A stretch of DNA of 63,484 nucleotides, counting the filler, from Stramenopiles sp. TOSAG23-3 (Eukaryota), in assembly GCA_900128585.1 (NCBI GenBank). It is 43 parts of 43 records of this genome, joined end to end, with 100 filler letters (N's around TTAATTAATTAA, not from the genome) between each part and the next. Parts side by side here need not be neighbours in the genome. Positions count along the whole stretch, not along the records: positions 11,926 to 13,314 come from LT645930.1; positions 13,415 to 14,803 come from LT645931.1; positions 14,904 to 16,292 come from LT645932.1; positions 16,393 to 17,780 come from LT645933.1; positions 17,881 to 19,264 come from LT645934.1; positions 19,365 to 20,748 come from LT645935.1; positions 20,849 to 22,232 come from LT645936.1; positions 22,333 to 23,713 come from LT645937.1; 35 more parts are not named here. One strand, 5' to 3'. Each line of letters opens with the position of its first letter. Within the stretch, counting starts at the first letter, position 1. Positions 12,027 through 22,687 of the stretch are shown here, one piece after another. Under the pieces are notes generated by a model that searched no databases, was not told the DNA's origin, and saw nothing but the letters and a program-made list of their open reading frames with translations. A program made the position numbers and the translations under genes.

Positions 12027-13097
12027 TTACCAGTCACCAGCCTCGCCTTGAACGTCTTCCTCCGGCTCCAGCCCAATGTTTTCCCTATCACCACCTCGTT
12101 TCTTCCACCGCAGCCACTGCTTCATTCTAGCAGGATTTTTTGCCATTTCTTCCTCGAACTTCTCTTTATCGTACTGCTTCTTGTTCTCGGCAACCCATAG
12201 TTCCCGCTTCAGCAGATCTTTCCTCTCTTCCTCTTCCATATCGTTCCACTGGCCTTCCATGAGTTTTAGTGCGGTTCTTGTCCAGTACACCCGGTCTTCC
12301 ATGGAGTAATTTCCGGTCCTTAGGCGATTTGCGTATTTGCACGTCCTGAAGACCCACAGAGGAAGGGTTTGTGGCAGCTTCAAAAATTTAATAATGACCA
12401 AATCTGTCCAGACCAGCTTTTTGTAACCACCTTCTACCTTGAGGTCCTTCGACTTTTCATCCAACCATTCATCAATGAGCTTAGCCTCCAGGTCTTTCCT
12501 ATCTCTGGAGTTCATGGGTTTGCCATTCTTTTTCTTCGCACGTTTGTTCAGCTCATCTCGAATCTGTTCCCGAGCGTGTCTCCGGACGTCGTCCATGGTT
12601 TTCCATGCCTTTACAAACTCGTTGTACTTTGTGGTTTGTCCGACGTACTGGATAGCGCTCAACACTAACAAAAGTCCCAGGATAACTATCCAAACGCTTG
12701 CCCGTGCCAGGCGGTTTTCCCCATAACGGGGACGAAATGCTGGGGGGATGGTCTCGATGAAGTCGTCGTATTCTTTCTTTTTGGTCGGGTCACGAAGTAT
12801 TTCGTACGCCTCTGAAATTTCCAAGAATCTTTCCGCAGCTTTCTCTTTTGTCAAGTCTGCGTTGTCTTCGTGCGTTTTCCACTTGTCCGGATGAAACTGG
12901 ACAGCTAATTTTCGGTACAGCTTCTTCACATCCCGTGGCATTCTTTCCTCCCCCCAATTTTTTACACCCAGAATCCCATAGTAGTCACGGCTTTGCCATA
13001 AAATCTGGTCGTAGTAAGACTCTGCCTCGACGGTACCGATTCCGCCTACCAAGGCAACGAGCAAGCAAGCGGCGCGGAAAACAAAGTTTGGCGTCAT
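12027..13097 (-). CDS. DNAJC25: ER membrane J-domain protein, DNAJC25-like
   Basis: Signal/TM, J domain with HPD, TM helix, then YWTRTALK...W...ELW...ARMKQWLRWKK matching the DNAJC25 C-terminal layout. Confidence 0.75.
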   Translation of the reverse strand: MTPNFVFRAACLLVALVGGIGTVEAESYYDQILWQSRDYYGILGVKNWGEERMPRDVKKLYRKLAVQFHPDKWKTHEDNADLTKEKAAERFLEISEAYEILRDPTKKKEYDDFIETIPPAFRPRYGENRLARASVWIVILGLLLVLSAIQYVGQTTKYNEFVKAWKTMDDVRRHAREQIRDELNKRAKKKNGKPMNSRDRKDLEAKLIDEWLDEKSKDLKVEGGYKKLVWTDLVIIKFLKLPQTLPLWVFRTCKYANRLRTGNYSMEDRVYWTRTALKLMEGQWNDMEEEERKDLLKRELWVAENKKQYDKEKFEEEMAKNPARMKQWLRWKKRGGDRENIGLEPEEDVQGEAGDW

Positions 13098-13418
13098 GTT
13101 CAGCAGCACGTCAAAGCACAGAAGAACGGACGAACAAAATACAATCTATTTTTCTTTGATAAATGCTCTTACGTAATGAATAATTCCCAACACATAAAAT
13201 AAACCTTTCGGTGTTTACACACTGCGTCAGTATAATATTAGTGTCGTACCGTCGCGCACGCGTTGTTTTGTTATTTATAATAATAATGTGTAATATAGAG
13301 AAGACGAGTAAGGGNNNNNNNNNNNNNNNNNNNNNNNNNNNNNNNNNNNNNNNNNNNNTTAATTAATTAANNNNNNNNNNNNNNNNNNNNNNNNNNNNNN
13401 NNNNNNNNNNNNNNCAAC

Positions 13419-14774
13419 ATGGCATTTGCTGGTGATGAACGTGGATATGCATTTTTATGCGATTGGTTTGATAACCAATCACAAACTATTAGGAAATTTA
13501 CTTTAACATATTATGCAGCTGCAAAAAGTGTAGAAATGTGGGATTTAACTGGTAAACGTATGTTTTTAAAAAAATGTTCATACCCACAATTAAGACAAGA
13601 TGATCTATTCCCTGGATCAACTGTTACGGTATACAATCGTCAATTGAATATTACAGATTATGCAAATGCATATACACGTCAAGTATTAGGTAAGTTATTA
13701 TTTCAACTATTTTAAAAACATTTTTTATTTTTATTAGAAGAAAATAGAAAAACTAACCAAAATAAATAAATTATTACACACAAATATATATATATATAGG
13801 CACCGCACAAGAACGTACAATGGGTATGATTTATACAAATGCAATCTCTGAAGCTGGTAAAATTATTGATACGGCAAGTGTAGAAGGTTTTACATTAGGA
13901 TCATTAAAAATGGTTCGTATGAATGAACGTCAAGCAATGCAATTTGCACAAATCGCTGGTAAAAAAGTAACAAATGAATTAATGGCAAGTCTATGTAACG
14001 GTAACGTTATCGTATTTGAATTAATGGCAAGAAAAAGTATTGTTGCATGGCAAAATTTAGTAGACATGAGACGTTGGAATGCATTTGTGCATTCTTCGTC
14101 AAACAATGCTACGGTGGAGCGAGAATATGCTATGTTTTTTGGTGAAGGTAGCAATCAACAATTTCCACATACAGCAACATTAAATAATTGTACATTAGCA
14201 ATTATTAAACAACACGTATTACGTGAAGGTAAAACTGGCAAAGTATTACGTGCAATACAAGATGCAGGGTTGTAAGTTGATCTCTATCTCCCTCTCTTTA
14301 TATATATATATATATATTGAAATCTCATATCTATATTATATTCAATACATATTAACATACATATATATATATATCAATGAACAAACAATCGATAGCAATG
14401 TAACTGCTGCAGGTATTTTTCATTTAGATCGACCAGCTGCAGATGAATTTTTAGAAGTATATCAAGGTATACTTGCTGATATTGAATATAATGCAACGAC
14501 AATGGAAATGACATCAGGTCGTTTATTAGCATTAGAATTGACACAAAATAACAATGGTGGTAATAGTAAAACCGATGATTCAAATGTTGTTACAAATTTC
14601 CGTAATTTATGTGGTCCATATCCAGTTCATATTGCAAAGAAAATTCGTAGTGATTGTTTAAGAGCACAATATGGTACAACCGTTGCTGAAAATGCTGTAC
14701 ATTGTACAGATTTACAATCAGATGGTGTTATAGAATGTGAATATTTCTTTGGTATATTAGGTAGTTCTTATTAA
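13419..14774 (+). CDS. NME7: Nucleoside diphosphate kinase 7 (DM10 + two NDK domains); exons 13419-13689, 13800-14271, 14396-14774
   Basis: DM10 domain ERYAFLCDWFD...VEMWDL...RMFLKK. NDK-B CTLAIIKQH...EFLEVYQG...LRAQYG...NAVHCTDL...ECEYFF. Both GTAAGT...AG introns restore the frame. Confidence 0.92.
13690..13799 (+). other. Spliceosomal intron 1 of NME7
   Basis: GTAAGT donor, ACTAAC branch-site candidate at 13752-13757, TAG acceptor. The phase-1 join gives GGC in frame. Confidence 0.88.
14272..14395 (+). other. Spliceosomal intron 2 of NME7
   Basis: GTAAGT donor, TAG acceptor. The phase-2 join gives TTC and restores the conserved DAGF. Confidence 0.88.
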
Positions 14775-14903
14775 AAAAACGAACGACAAAAAAAAAAATA
14801 AAANNNNNNNNNNNNNNNNNNNNNNNNNNNNNNNNNNNNNNNNNNNNTTAATTAATTAANNNNNNNNNNNNNNNNNNNNNNNNNNNNNNNNNNNNNNNNN
14901 NNN

Positions 14904-16292
14904 ATAAAGTTCCCGTACGCCGTATATTGGGACAATATGCTTGAGATTGCGCTTTCCTTTGGGCTCATGATAACGCTACTAAGCGGGCTTGCGCTAGAAC
15001 TGTTTCGATTGAAGGAATTTGACGGTAAAGAGCAAATTGTTTTCGACGTGCTGCTTGTATTGATGCTTTTGTTCGGCCTGTTGGCAGGGTGTTTTGCCTT
15101 GGCAACGACCCTTCCCGTATGTCGGCCCTACGTTGCCCGACTCTTGTTTTGGAATACAAAAAAGACCTCCCGAAAGTTTTTGAACGGGTGGGTCAAGAAG
15201 AACCTGGTCTATGCAAAATGGTTGTCGGTAGCAGAGCTGAAGGGGATGATGCGGTCCACTGAGGGCACGTTGAAGAAGATGGCGAAAGAGAAAGTGGAAC
15301 ACGCCCACAAAAAGCGTCGTATGTCTAGGAAAATCTACCCCTCCAGGAAGGATACTATATCGATCGACATTATGCTTCGCACGAAACGCTTGGTAAAGAG
15401 GCGGACGAAGATGCTGAAAGTGCGAAAAGCCCTTCTGCCCGCGGCCCGAAAACGCGCCAAACCGTCGCTAAAATCGTACGCGACCGTGGTGAGATCGCAC
15501 TTCGCATCCAGGCGCAACCAACGAAAACTTCACAAAGAGGAAGTCGACCGGATTCATGAAGATCGGAATAGTAAAATGATTCACCTGAAAAAAAAGCAAG
15601 AGGAAGTCTTGCGCACCAAGGAGCAGAAAAGGCAGCTTCTAGAGAAACGAATCGAATCGAGAAACAGAGCAAAGACGAATGCCAAAGGGCACTTAACTTC
15701 TGCAAGCAAAGGTGTACCCGTTGCTGAAAACACGTCCGCGCCGAAGGCTGTTGTAATACCCCGCGAAGAAGAAGAAGGAGAAAATAGCAAGAGCCGTGCG
15801 GGTAACGAAAACACTTCGGCAGTAGCTGCGGCTGAAGCAGCGCCGGTGGAAGTTGAAATTGGTGATGCGCCTCCCCCAACTTCCCAGACCCCTCTGACGG
15901 CAATAATAGCACGACAACAGGTGCAAGAAGGTGTGACAAACACAATGCCAGACCTTACAGATAAATGGGAGGACACAAAAAAACTCATGGAACAGATAAC
16001 AATGAAGCCATCTATGAAAGAGAAATTGCTGAGGAGACCACCCTTTCGGTACCTGCACGATATTTTGATGGGTGTGAATCGGGAGACCAACTTTTTCACC
16101 GGTTTGTACAAAGGCGATGAAACAAATTCCGAATTGTTGCAAGGGAAAGACGCAAAGATCAATTTCTTAACCAAAGCCATAAAGCACGTAAACAATTTTT
16201 ACGAGACTGAGTTGAAAGTGGACCCACAAAAGATTGTAGCGGGTAAAGAAGCACACTTAACAAATAGATTTTTACAAGCCGTCGCACACGCT
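14904..16292 (+). CDS. Membrane protein fragment (TM helices, basic coiled coil, linker) fused to an IFT54/TRAF3IP1 (MIP-T3) CH domain
   Basis: One open frame. N-part KFPYAVYWDNMLE plus two TM helices. From about 15945: KPSMKEKLLRRPPFRYLHDI...GLY...KDAKINFLTKAI...KIVAGKEAHLTNRFLQ, the MIP-T3 N-terminal signature. Confidence 0.8.
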
Positions 16293-16392
16293 NNNNNNNN
16301 NNNNNNNNNNNNNNNNNNNNNNNNNNNNNNNNNNNNTTAATTAATTAANNNNNNNNNNNNNNNNNNNNNNNNNNNNNNNNNNNNNNNNNNNN

Positions 16393-17030
16393 TTCCCACT
16401 TTCCTAGCACCGGCAACTCCTTTGCTGCTTCGCCACCTTCCAGCCCGCCCGTCCCGTTTATAATTACCCGATAGTTCCTCGTCCCGCACTTCTGCGCCTT
16501 GCTCATGGCTTTCGCAAACTTCGACTCCGCCCCAATCCCTGCCGCCTGGCGAATCGTGTTGATGCAGTCCACGTCTTGGTCGGTGATCTTTGGTACCTCC
16601 AAGGCGTGCTTTATGGCCAACGGGCACGAGGGCTGCGCCACAAGCCCCGCCGGGGTTTCCGACTCCGCGTTCATTTTCCCCACGTCGGCGCCGTGCCGCC
16701 GTAACAGCAGGACAAGCTCTGGGCTTCCATAGTACCGCGTTCCGTGCAGCATGGCACATGCCGTGGCCAAGTGCAGGGGGGTGCTCTGGGGAGGGCAGAC
16801 GGCAAGCTTCCCGATCGTCGCCGTGCGGTCCTTCCGCAGTTTGTCGTACTCGTCTGCCCCAATCATCTCTCGGGGGCGAATGATCGTGCGCGTCGCAGGA
16901 TAATTTGGGTCTGCCCCAGCGTCCAACAAGTACCTCAAGCAGAACCGGTACCTTTCCGACACGTCCTTTAAGCCGTGGTCAAGCCGGCTATTCGCGCCGA
17001 TGATGGTGCCGTGCAGCGGTGACAGACTAG
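16393..17030 (-). CDS. Ankyrin-repeat protein fragment (start uncertain, possible intron acceptor near 17027)
   Basis: SPLHG...YLLDAGADPN, STPLHLA...LLRRHGADV...ETP. Confidence 0.7.
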
Positions 17031-17327
17031 AAAGAAGGCGAAGAAACAGAAAGAAAGTGCGACGAAAATCCAAGCCCAAGTGAGGGGAAGGCGCACCCGG
17101 AAGAAGGTGTTGGAAACAGGCGGTGGAAAGGAGGATGGAAATCGTGGTGGGAGCCCGGTAACGTAAGTAAAAAAGCATATGATATAAAATATAAAAAATG
17201 AGAGTTTTAAAGCATACTGTATAATTTGTTTTTTAAAAAGCATATGATCTTTAAAAATTACAAAGACAAAAAACTTTCTGAATATGGTATGATACTTTAA
17301 AAACATTGTAATGCGTGAACGCCTGTC

Positions 17328-17780
17328 TCAGAGGTCCCCCCCCACAAAGGTGGCCTTGGGTTCGTTCCGGTCGTAGATGCCGAGCTCGGTTCCCGGAAGC
17401 TGTGCGCTGGACTCGTTCATAACTAAATTTTTGTTCCTTTTCGGCGCTTTCTTCTTCCGTTTCAAACTTTCCTTGAACGCTGCGAGGTCCCCGTCCATCC
17501 CTGTCCCCAAGTCGTCGAACGCACCGTCGTCCCCACTACGTTTCTTCTTCTTCTTCTTCCCCTTCTCTGCCTTAAAGTCGCTTATATTGGTATACATTGC
17601 CAGGTCATCCCCATCGCTGTTATCAACCGGCTTGTTAGCCCCATCTGCGCCCCCCACCCCATCCTCATCTACCCCCACTATATACCTATTATGCACCTCC
17701 CCTCCTTCTCCTCCTCCCGCCGCCGCCCCACCACCTCGCCCCTCCGTCGCTCGGTTGAAGCTCTCTAGTTTGCTTTTCTT
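17328..17780 (-). CDS. Low-complexity C-terminal fragment with poly-Lys NLS-like tracts
   Basis: Frame open from the contig end to the stop at 17328; G/D/K-rich. Confidence 0.55.
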   Translation of the reverse strand, partial: KKSKLESFNRATEGRGGGAAAGGGEGGEVHNRYIVGVDEDGVGGADGANKPVDNSDGDDLAMYTNISDFKAEKGKKKKKKRSGDDGAFDDLGTGMDGDLAAFKESLKRKKKAPKRNKNLVMNESSAQLPGTELGIYDRNEPKATFVGGDL

Positions 17781-17880
17781 NNNNNNNNNNNNNNNNNNNN
17801 NNNNNNNNNNNNNNNNNNNNNNNNTTAATTAATTAANNNNNNNNNNNNNNNNNNNNNNNNNNNNNNNNNNNNNNNNNNNN

Positions 17881-18780
17881 CAGGGCGGCTGCATTTTGTG
17901 ATGAGCACACTTTGCAACCGCAAGCAAAAAACATTGCTCCAAAGATCCAGTAAAGAAACCAGATGACTCCAGGGATCACAATAATAAATACGGGCATTAC
18001 CATCATCATTTCAAACTTTTTGTAATACCCTCCTACGTTGCTGCTTCCGTCGTTCTGGAAAGCGCAATCGACACTTTTGTTATTCAAAGACGGGCTTGTC
18101 ACTATTTCGAATATTTCCAGGACTCTTACAACCGATTCCGGCCATTGGATGGGAACGGAACGGGCCAACGCCGTCACTTGGCAGTAAGAAAGCATAATGC
18201 GAAACATTCCAGTTATGATTTGCTTGTGGGCTAATTTTGAGCCACTCTTTGTCCCATGCTTCTCCTTCTGTTTCTCCAGGTGTTCAAGGGTATCAATGTC
18301 TCGCACTGCGCCCTCGTGAATGCTGCCTTTGAGATTATTTTGTGAATTCATCGAGTGCAGTATATCTTGGTGCTCCATGCTCATCTGCCTTTCATGGGAC
18401 CCCTTTGAAATTTGACTAAGAACAAGGGCTGCACAACTCAGGAATATTGCCAAACCCATGGCTGCAAGAATCATCATGTTGCTTCCTTTCGCAGGGCAAG
18501 GTGCACAATATAAACTGCTTTTGGCGTCCCCATCTCGCCCAGATCCAACAGGGCAGGTTGAACACAATGGCCCTGAATAGAACCCAATCAATTTCATTTT
18601 CTTCAGCACCGTGTACTTGTTTTGATTGGCCTTCTTCCAAGCCCCGAACCGAGTAATCTTGGACGAATCGTTTTGGCGTTGGAAATCACCTTCGGACTGC
18701 ACTGTCTGAAAAAAGTCCAGCATGGCCATGGAATACGAATCGCAGTTAGCCGTTTGATTGCAGTTTTTGATGTCTCTCAA
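17881..18780 (-). CDS. Cys-rich juxtamembrane plus TM fragment of the protist multi-TM surface-protein family
   Basis: YSGPLCSTC...CAPCP, TM, then FRIMLSYCQV...IQWP...VDCAF; same pattern as 10437-11825. Confidence 0.7.
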
Positions 18781-19264
18781 ACTGTAGCCAGCAAAATAAA
18801 TCCTGCCACAGGCTACGCAATACCGTATGAATCAAAAATGACGCTGCAGACTACCCTAAACGAGGAAATTGAAATTTCGCTCTTATTGACCGTCACCCCG
18901 GGAGTCACGAAACGGGAGAAAAGTGAAGTCCACTTAAATGGAATTCGTTGGGCAAACACTCCAGGCGTCACAGCGAAAACGGCACTCGATATAGCAATCC
19001 ACGCCAAAGATGAAATGGGGGGGGCAACAAACAACGATGATTTTTTTACAATCGAAATACAGAAGATGACCTACCTGAACTCTACTTTCGAAGAGAACGA
19101 CTGTCCCCTCGATGGCAGCTTAGAGAACGACTGTCCAACGTACTCATATAGCGCAAAATCAAAAACGAGTGCACCGAGCATCTATGGGTTAGAAACTGCC
19201 TTTTCCCCGTCGGCTTACGGAGACTACACAGTATCCATCAAACTATCTGGAAAACCCGTTGATA
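18781..19264 (+). CDS. Filamin-type Ig-like repeat fragment
   Basis: VTPG...S...IAIHAKDEMG...DFFTIEI...FSPSAYGDYTVSIKLSGKPV fits the filamin/ABP280 repeat pattern. Confidence 0.6.
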
Positions 19265-19364
19265 NNNNNNNNNNNNNNNNNNNNNNNNNNNNNNNNNNNN
19301 NNNNNNNNTTAATTAATTAANNNNNNNNNNNNNNNNNNNNNNNNNNNNNNNNNNNNNNNNNNNN

Positions 19365-20748
19365 GGTGCTGACCGTCCTAAAATATTGTGCAAAAAAGAC
19401 TTGTACATGGAGAGTTTACTGGCAAAACAAAAGATTTTGGAAGCGGAAGCAGAGAAGAATGGAGTTGGAACAGGAACATTTAAAATGGGGTCTGGAGACT
19501 CTAAGAATGGCGTTGCTGGAAACGTTCTTGTAATGGCAGGGTCTGGAAAATCTGTTAATCGTGCGGGAAACGTAACAATTTCAGCAGGGAAAAATTACAA
19601 TGGGAATGGGGGCAATATTCTTCTCGAAAGTGGAGAAAGTTCATCAAGACGGCACAGGAGTGGAAACCTGTACATGCAGTCAGCTAGTCATGGAAAATAC
19701 AGCGGAGGAAGTGGTAACATTTACCTCCGTACAGGTGAAGCAAAGTCAGCTGCTGCTGGGAACATTTCTATTTCGGCGGGAGACGTTGTTGGTAGTGATG
19801 GCGCACCAGGGTCTTTGTTTTTATCAGCAGGGTCTTCAAGCGGAAGCATGCATGGTGGAACAGCAGGCCAAGTTGTCATACAGTCAGGAGATCACCTAAA
19901 CAGTGGAAAAAGTGGTCCCATTAAAGTGAAAACGGGGGCATCGAACGGTGGTTCCTCGGGATCATTGGAAATATTTACCGGAAAGGTTGACAATTACCGT
20001 GGAATCAGTGGCAGCCTCCAATTTTTTACCGGCAGTAGTGGAGATGGGAAAAGTGGAGATATGGTACTAGAAACAGGAGACGGGGGCGCCGCAGGAAGTA
20101 TTCGCATGATGCCGGGAAATTCTACGCAAAGGGCTGGGGCAAACTTATTTCTCTCCGGTGGAAGCAGTGAAAAGGACAAAGGAGGCAAGGTGTCCATTTT
20201 GGGTGGAAATTCAGACTTAGCGGCCTCTGGAGCAGTCACAATTGGAACCCCTCAAAGCACGCAAGGGCAATCGGGAAGTATCTTGTTATCAACTGGAGAT
20301 TCTTTGGACGAAAACGTGGCCTCAGGAGAAATTCGAATCCTGGCTGGCAGTTCGAACATGCTAGGAGGTTCTGGAAGCAACATTTTTGTCGCCGGGGGCT
20401 CTTCTCTTCATACTGGTGGTTCAATTAACCTGATTAGTGGGAAAACAAAGAGTGCAACAAGTGGAAGCATACGTATTACGACTGCAAAGGTAGACAGTGA
20501 TGTAGCTCAAGGGACCGGAAACATACTGGTGGCAACCGGAGATGCCAAAAGTTCAAAAAGTGGGGACGTTGTCATTTCATCAGGAAAATCAAACGAATTT
20601 GCGGCTGGCAATCTGATACTGTCAACAGGGTCATCGAAACTACGGCCTGGATCTATAAATTTACTTGCCGGTGCTGGGAAAGACAAAGGCAGTGGGGGAA
20701 CTGTTAAGTTGGTTGCTGGATCAAGTTTTATAGGCAATGGGGGAGATG
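19365..20748 (+). CDS. Gly/Ser-rich repetitive protein (predicted beta-solenoid), fragment
   Basis: More than 25 repeats of G-x-[IVL]-x-[IL]-x-[ATS]-G about every 13-17 aa (GNVTISAG, GNILLESG, GSLEIFTG, GSINLISG). Confidence 0.75.
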
Positions 20749-20848
20749 NNNNNNNNNNNNNNNNNNNNNNNNNNNNNNNNNNNNNNNNNNNNTTAATTAA
20801 TTAANNNNNNNNNNNNNNNNNNNNNNNNNNNNNNNNNNNNNNNNNNNN

Positions 20849-22232
20849 CACTTTTTTGAGACTTATCCTGATTATGCGCTTCCCGATGCACGAATTCCAG
20901 ACGTGGAGGGTGCAGGAACGTACGCATACTTTTTTGGCCAGGCGACGAACGATAAAGCGTACTACACAGCGATGGATTTGGCGTTCAACTGGGATGCTAG
21001 CTTTCCGTGGTTGTACCACGGCCCATGGGTGCCGTTTCCGAACAATCGGCAGTACTTTCCTTTGCCAGAGGGCGAGGGGGGCGAGTTCGTGTGGACCAAC
21101 TGTGATCCTGCAGGGCATGGCGGCCACGACATTTCGACAAAGCCAGACTACCCTGCCTGCATGAACCAGTCGTATGGGCTTTTGAACGGTTGGTACAAAG
21201 GTTTGAAGGATCGGTTGGGCGTGAAAACCTTGGCGTACGCAACGTTGAACGAGTACGGTTTTGGGATTGATCTACAAATGGTAGGCAAAGGCGATGTTCC
21301 ACAATGCACCGCAAAGGCAGGGAACGCCTCGGCCCAGTACTCGAACCAATTGATTTGCGGCGCGAACCGTTTGCTGTCGGACAAATTCCCCAACGCCGTC
21401 GTTCGGGACGCAACGAAAGACGGACAACCTCCGATATACGGGGCTTGGTCGTCGGTCATCACGGACGTCGGCGACGAACAGTACCAACAGTTCATGCTGG
21501 AGAATGCCCGGCGTGTGGTGGATAATTTGACGGAGAGCTCTGGGATTTGCATCGATCGCGGTGATTGGATCGGTGTGTTGAACGCCGCCGGGGACGACAA
21601 AATTTCAATGGCCAATGGGCACGTCGTCCGCCCGTTGCTTTATTCTTGGAAACGTTCAGTCCCGCAACTCGCAGAAATATTGCACAAGAAGGGGAAAGCC
21701 TTGTACATGAATCCAGACATGGGCCATCGGATTGATCTTCACAAGGGAGTCGACGGTTTCTTTTCGGAGCTTGGGGATACAAAACCAGGCCATTGGAGAA
21801 CTGCCACTTCGTACTTGAGCGCTGGGGGAAAGAGCAGCACGATTTGGTGCCACGACCCGCACAACAACCCAACTCCTACGAAATGCGGCGAGATGATGAC
21901 AAATGGGACGGACAAAGAGCGAAACCAATTTTTACAAAGCCATTTGCTCCTTGGCGTCTACCCATCTGTTCCTTTCCCTGACAACGATCACATATTACAA
22001 CCCTCTCCACGGGCGGACGCAATTTACCAGGATTATGGCCCCATGTTCACTGCACTTCACGGGAAACGTTGGTGTACGGCCCCACATTGCGTTCGCATCG
22101 AAGGGAAGAAAGCTTACGCAAACGCGTTCGAAATGAAGCCGTTCGGGACTGGAAAGTATGCCCTCAGCATTGCTGGGGGCTCTTTGGACACGACCCATTC
22201 GACCGTTGCAGCGCTGATGGAGAACATCCCTG
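20849..22232 (+). CDS. Putative glycoside-hydrolase-like (TIM-barrel) protein fragment
   Basis: Open across the contig, rich in W/Y/D. TDVGDEQYQQFM...SGICIDRGDW and VDGFFSE resemble GH barrel strands; family not assignable by eye. Confidence 0.45.
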
Positions 22233-22332
22233 NNNNNNNNNNNNNNNNNNNNNNNNNNNNNNNNNNNNNNNNNNNNTTAATTAATTAANNNNNNNNNNNN
22301 NNNNNNNNNNNNNNNNNNNNNNNNNNNNNNNN

Positions 22333-22469
22333 TGCAATAGTAAGTTATGCCACCAGTACAAAAAAAGGCCACCTCTTTGGGCACAAAAAAGTGCAATAGT
22401 AAGTTATGCCAACAGTACAAAAAAAGGCCACCTCTTTGGGCACAAAAAAGTGCAATAGTAAGTTATGCC
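22333..22469 (+). repeat. 59-bp tandem repeat, 2.3 copies (runs off the contig start)
   Basis: Unit tgcaatagtaagttatgcca(c/a)cagtacaaaaaaaggccacctctttgggcacaaaaaag starting at 22333, 22392 and (partial) 22451. Confidence 0.95.
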
Positions 22470-22687
22470 GGGGCACGGAATGGTCGGTCGATTGCTTCAA
22501 CAAAGACAAGAGCAAGCCGGACAGCCTGCAGTCCACTTGCAAGAAATGCAAAAATGTCGCGATGTCTCCCCTGGATACCGACGGTGCAGCCAACCGTACT
22601 GTCGGGACCCGATCCAGCCAATTGACCAGTTTAAGCCACAAAGAACGTTGCGTTTCTCGAACCTTCCATGCTTGCACAGCATGTTAG
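22406..22687 (+). CDS. Short ORF with a viral/phage endonuclease-associated-type Zn finger
   Basis: KKCNSKLC...FNKDKSKPDSLQSTCKKC, aligning with KVCTKC...FSKHSRAPDGLQSRCKVC at 54337. Confidence 0.55.
   Translation: MPTVQKKATSLGTKKCNSKLCRGTEWSVDCFNKDKSKPDSLQSTCKKCKNVAMSPLDTDGAANRTVGTRSSQLTSLSHKERCVSRTFHACTAC

Noticed and set aside
22333-22469. 59-bp array as CRISPR
   Set aside because: Units are near-identical end to end, with no unique spacers and no cas genes.
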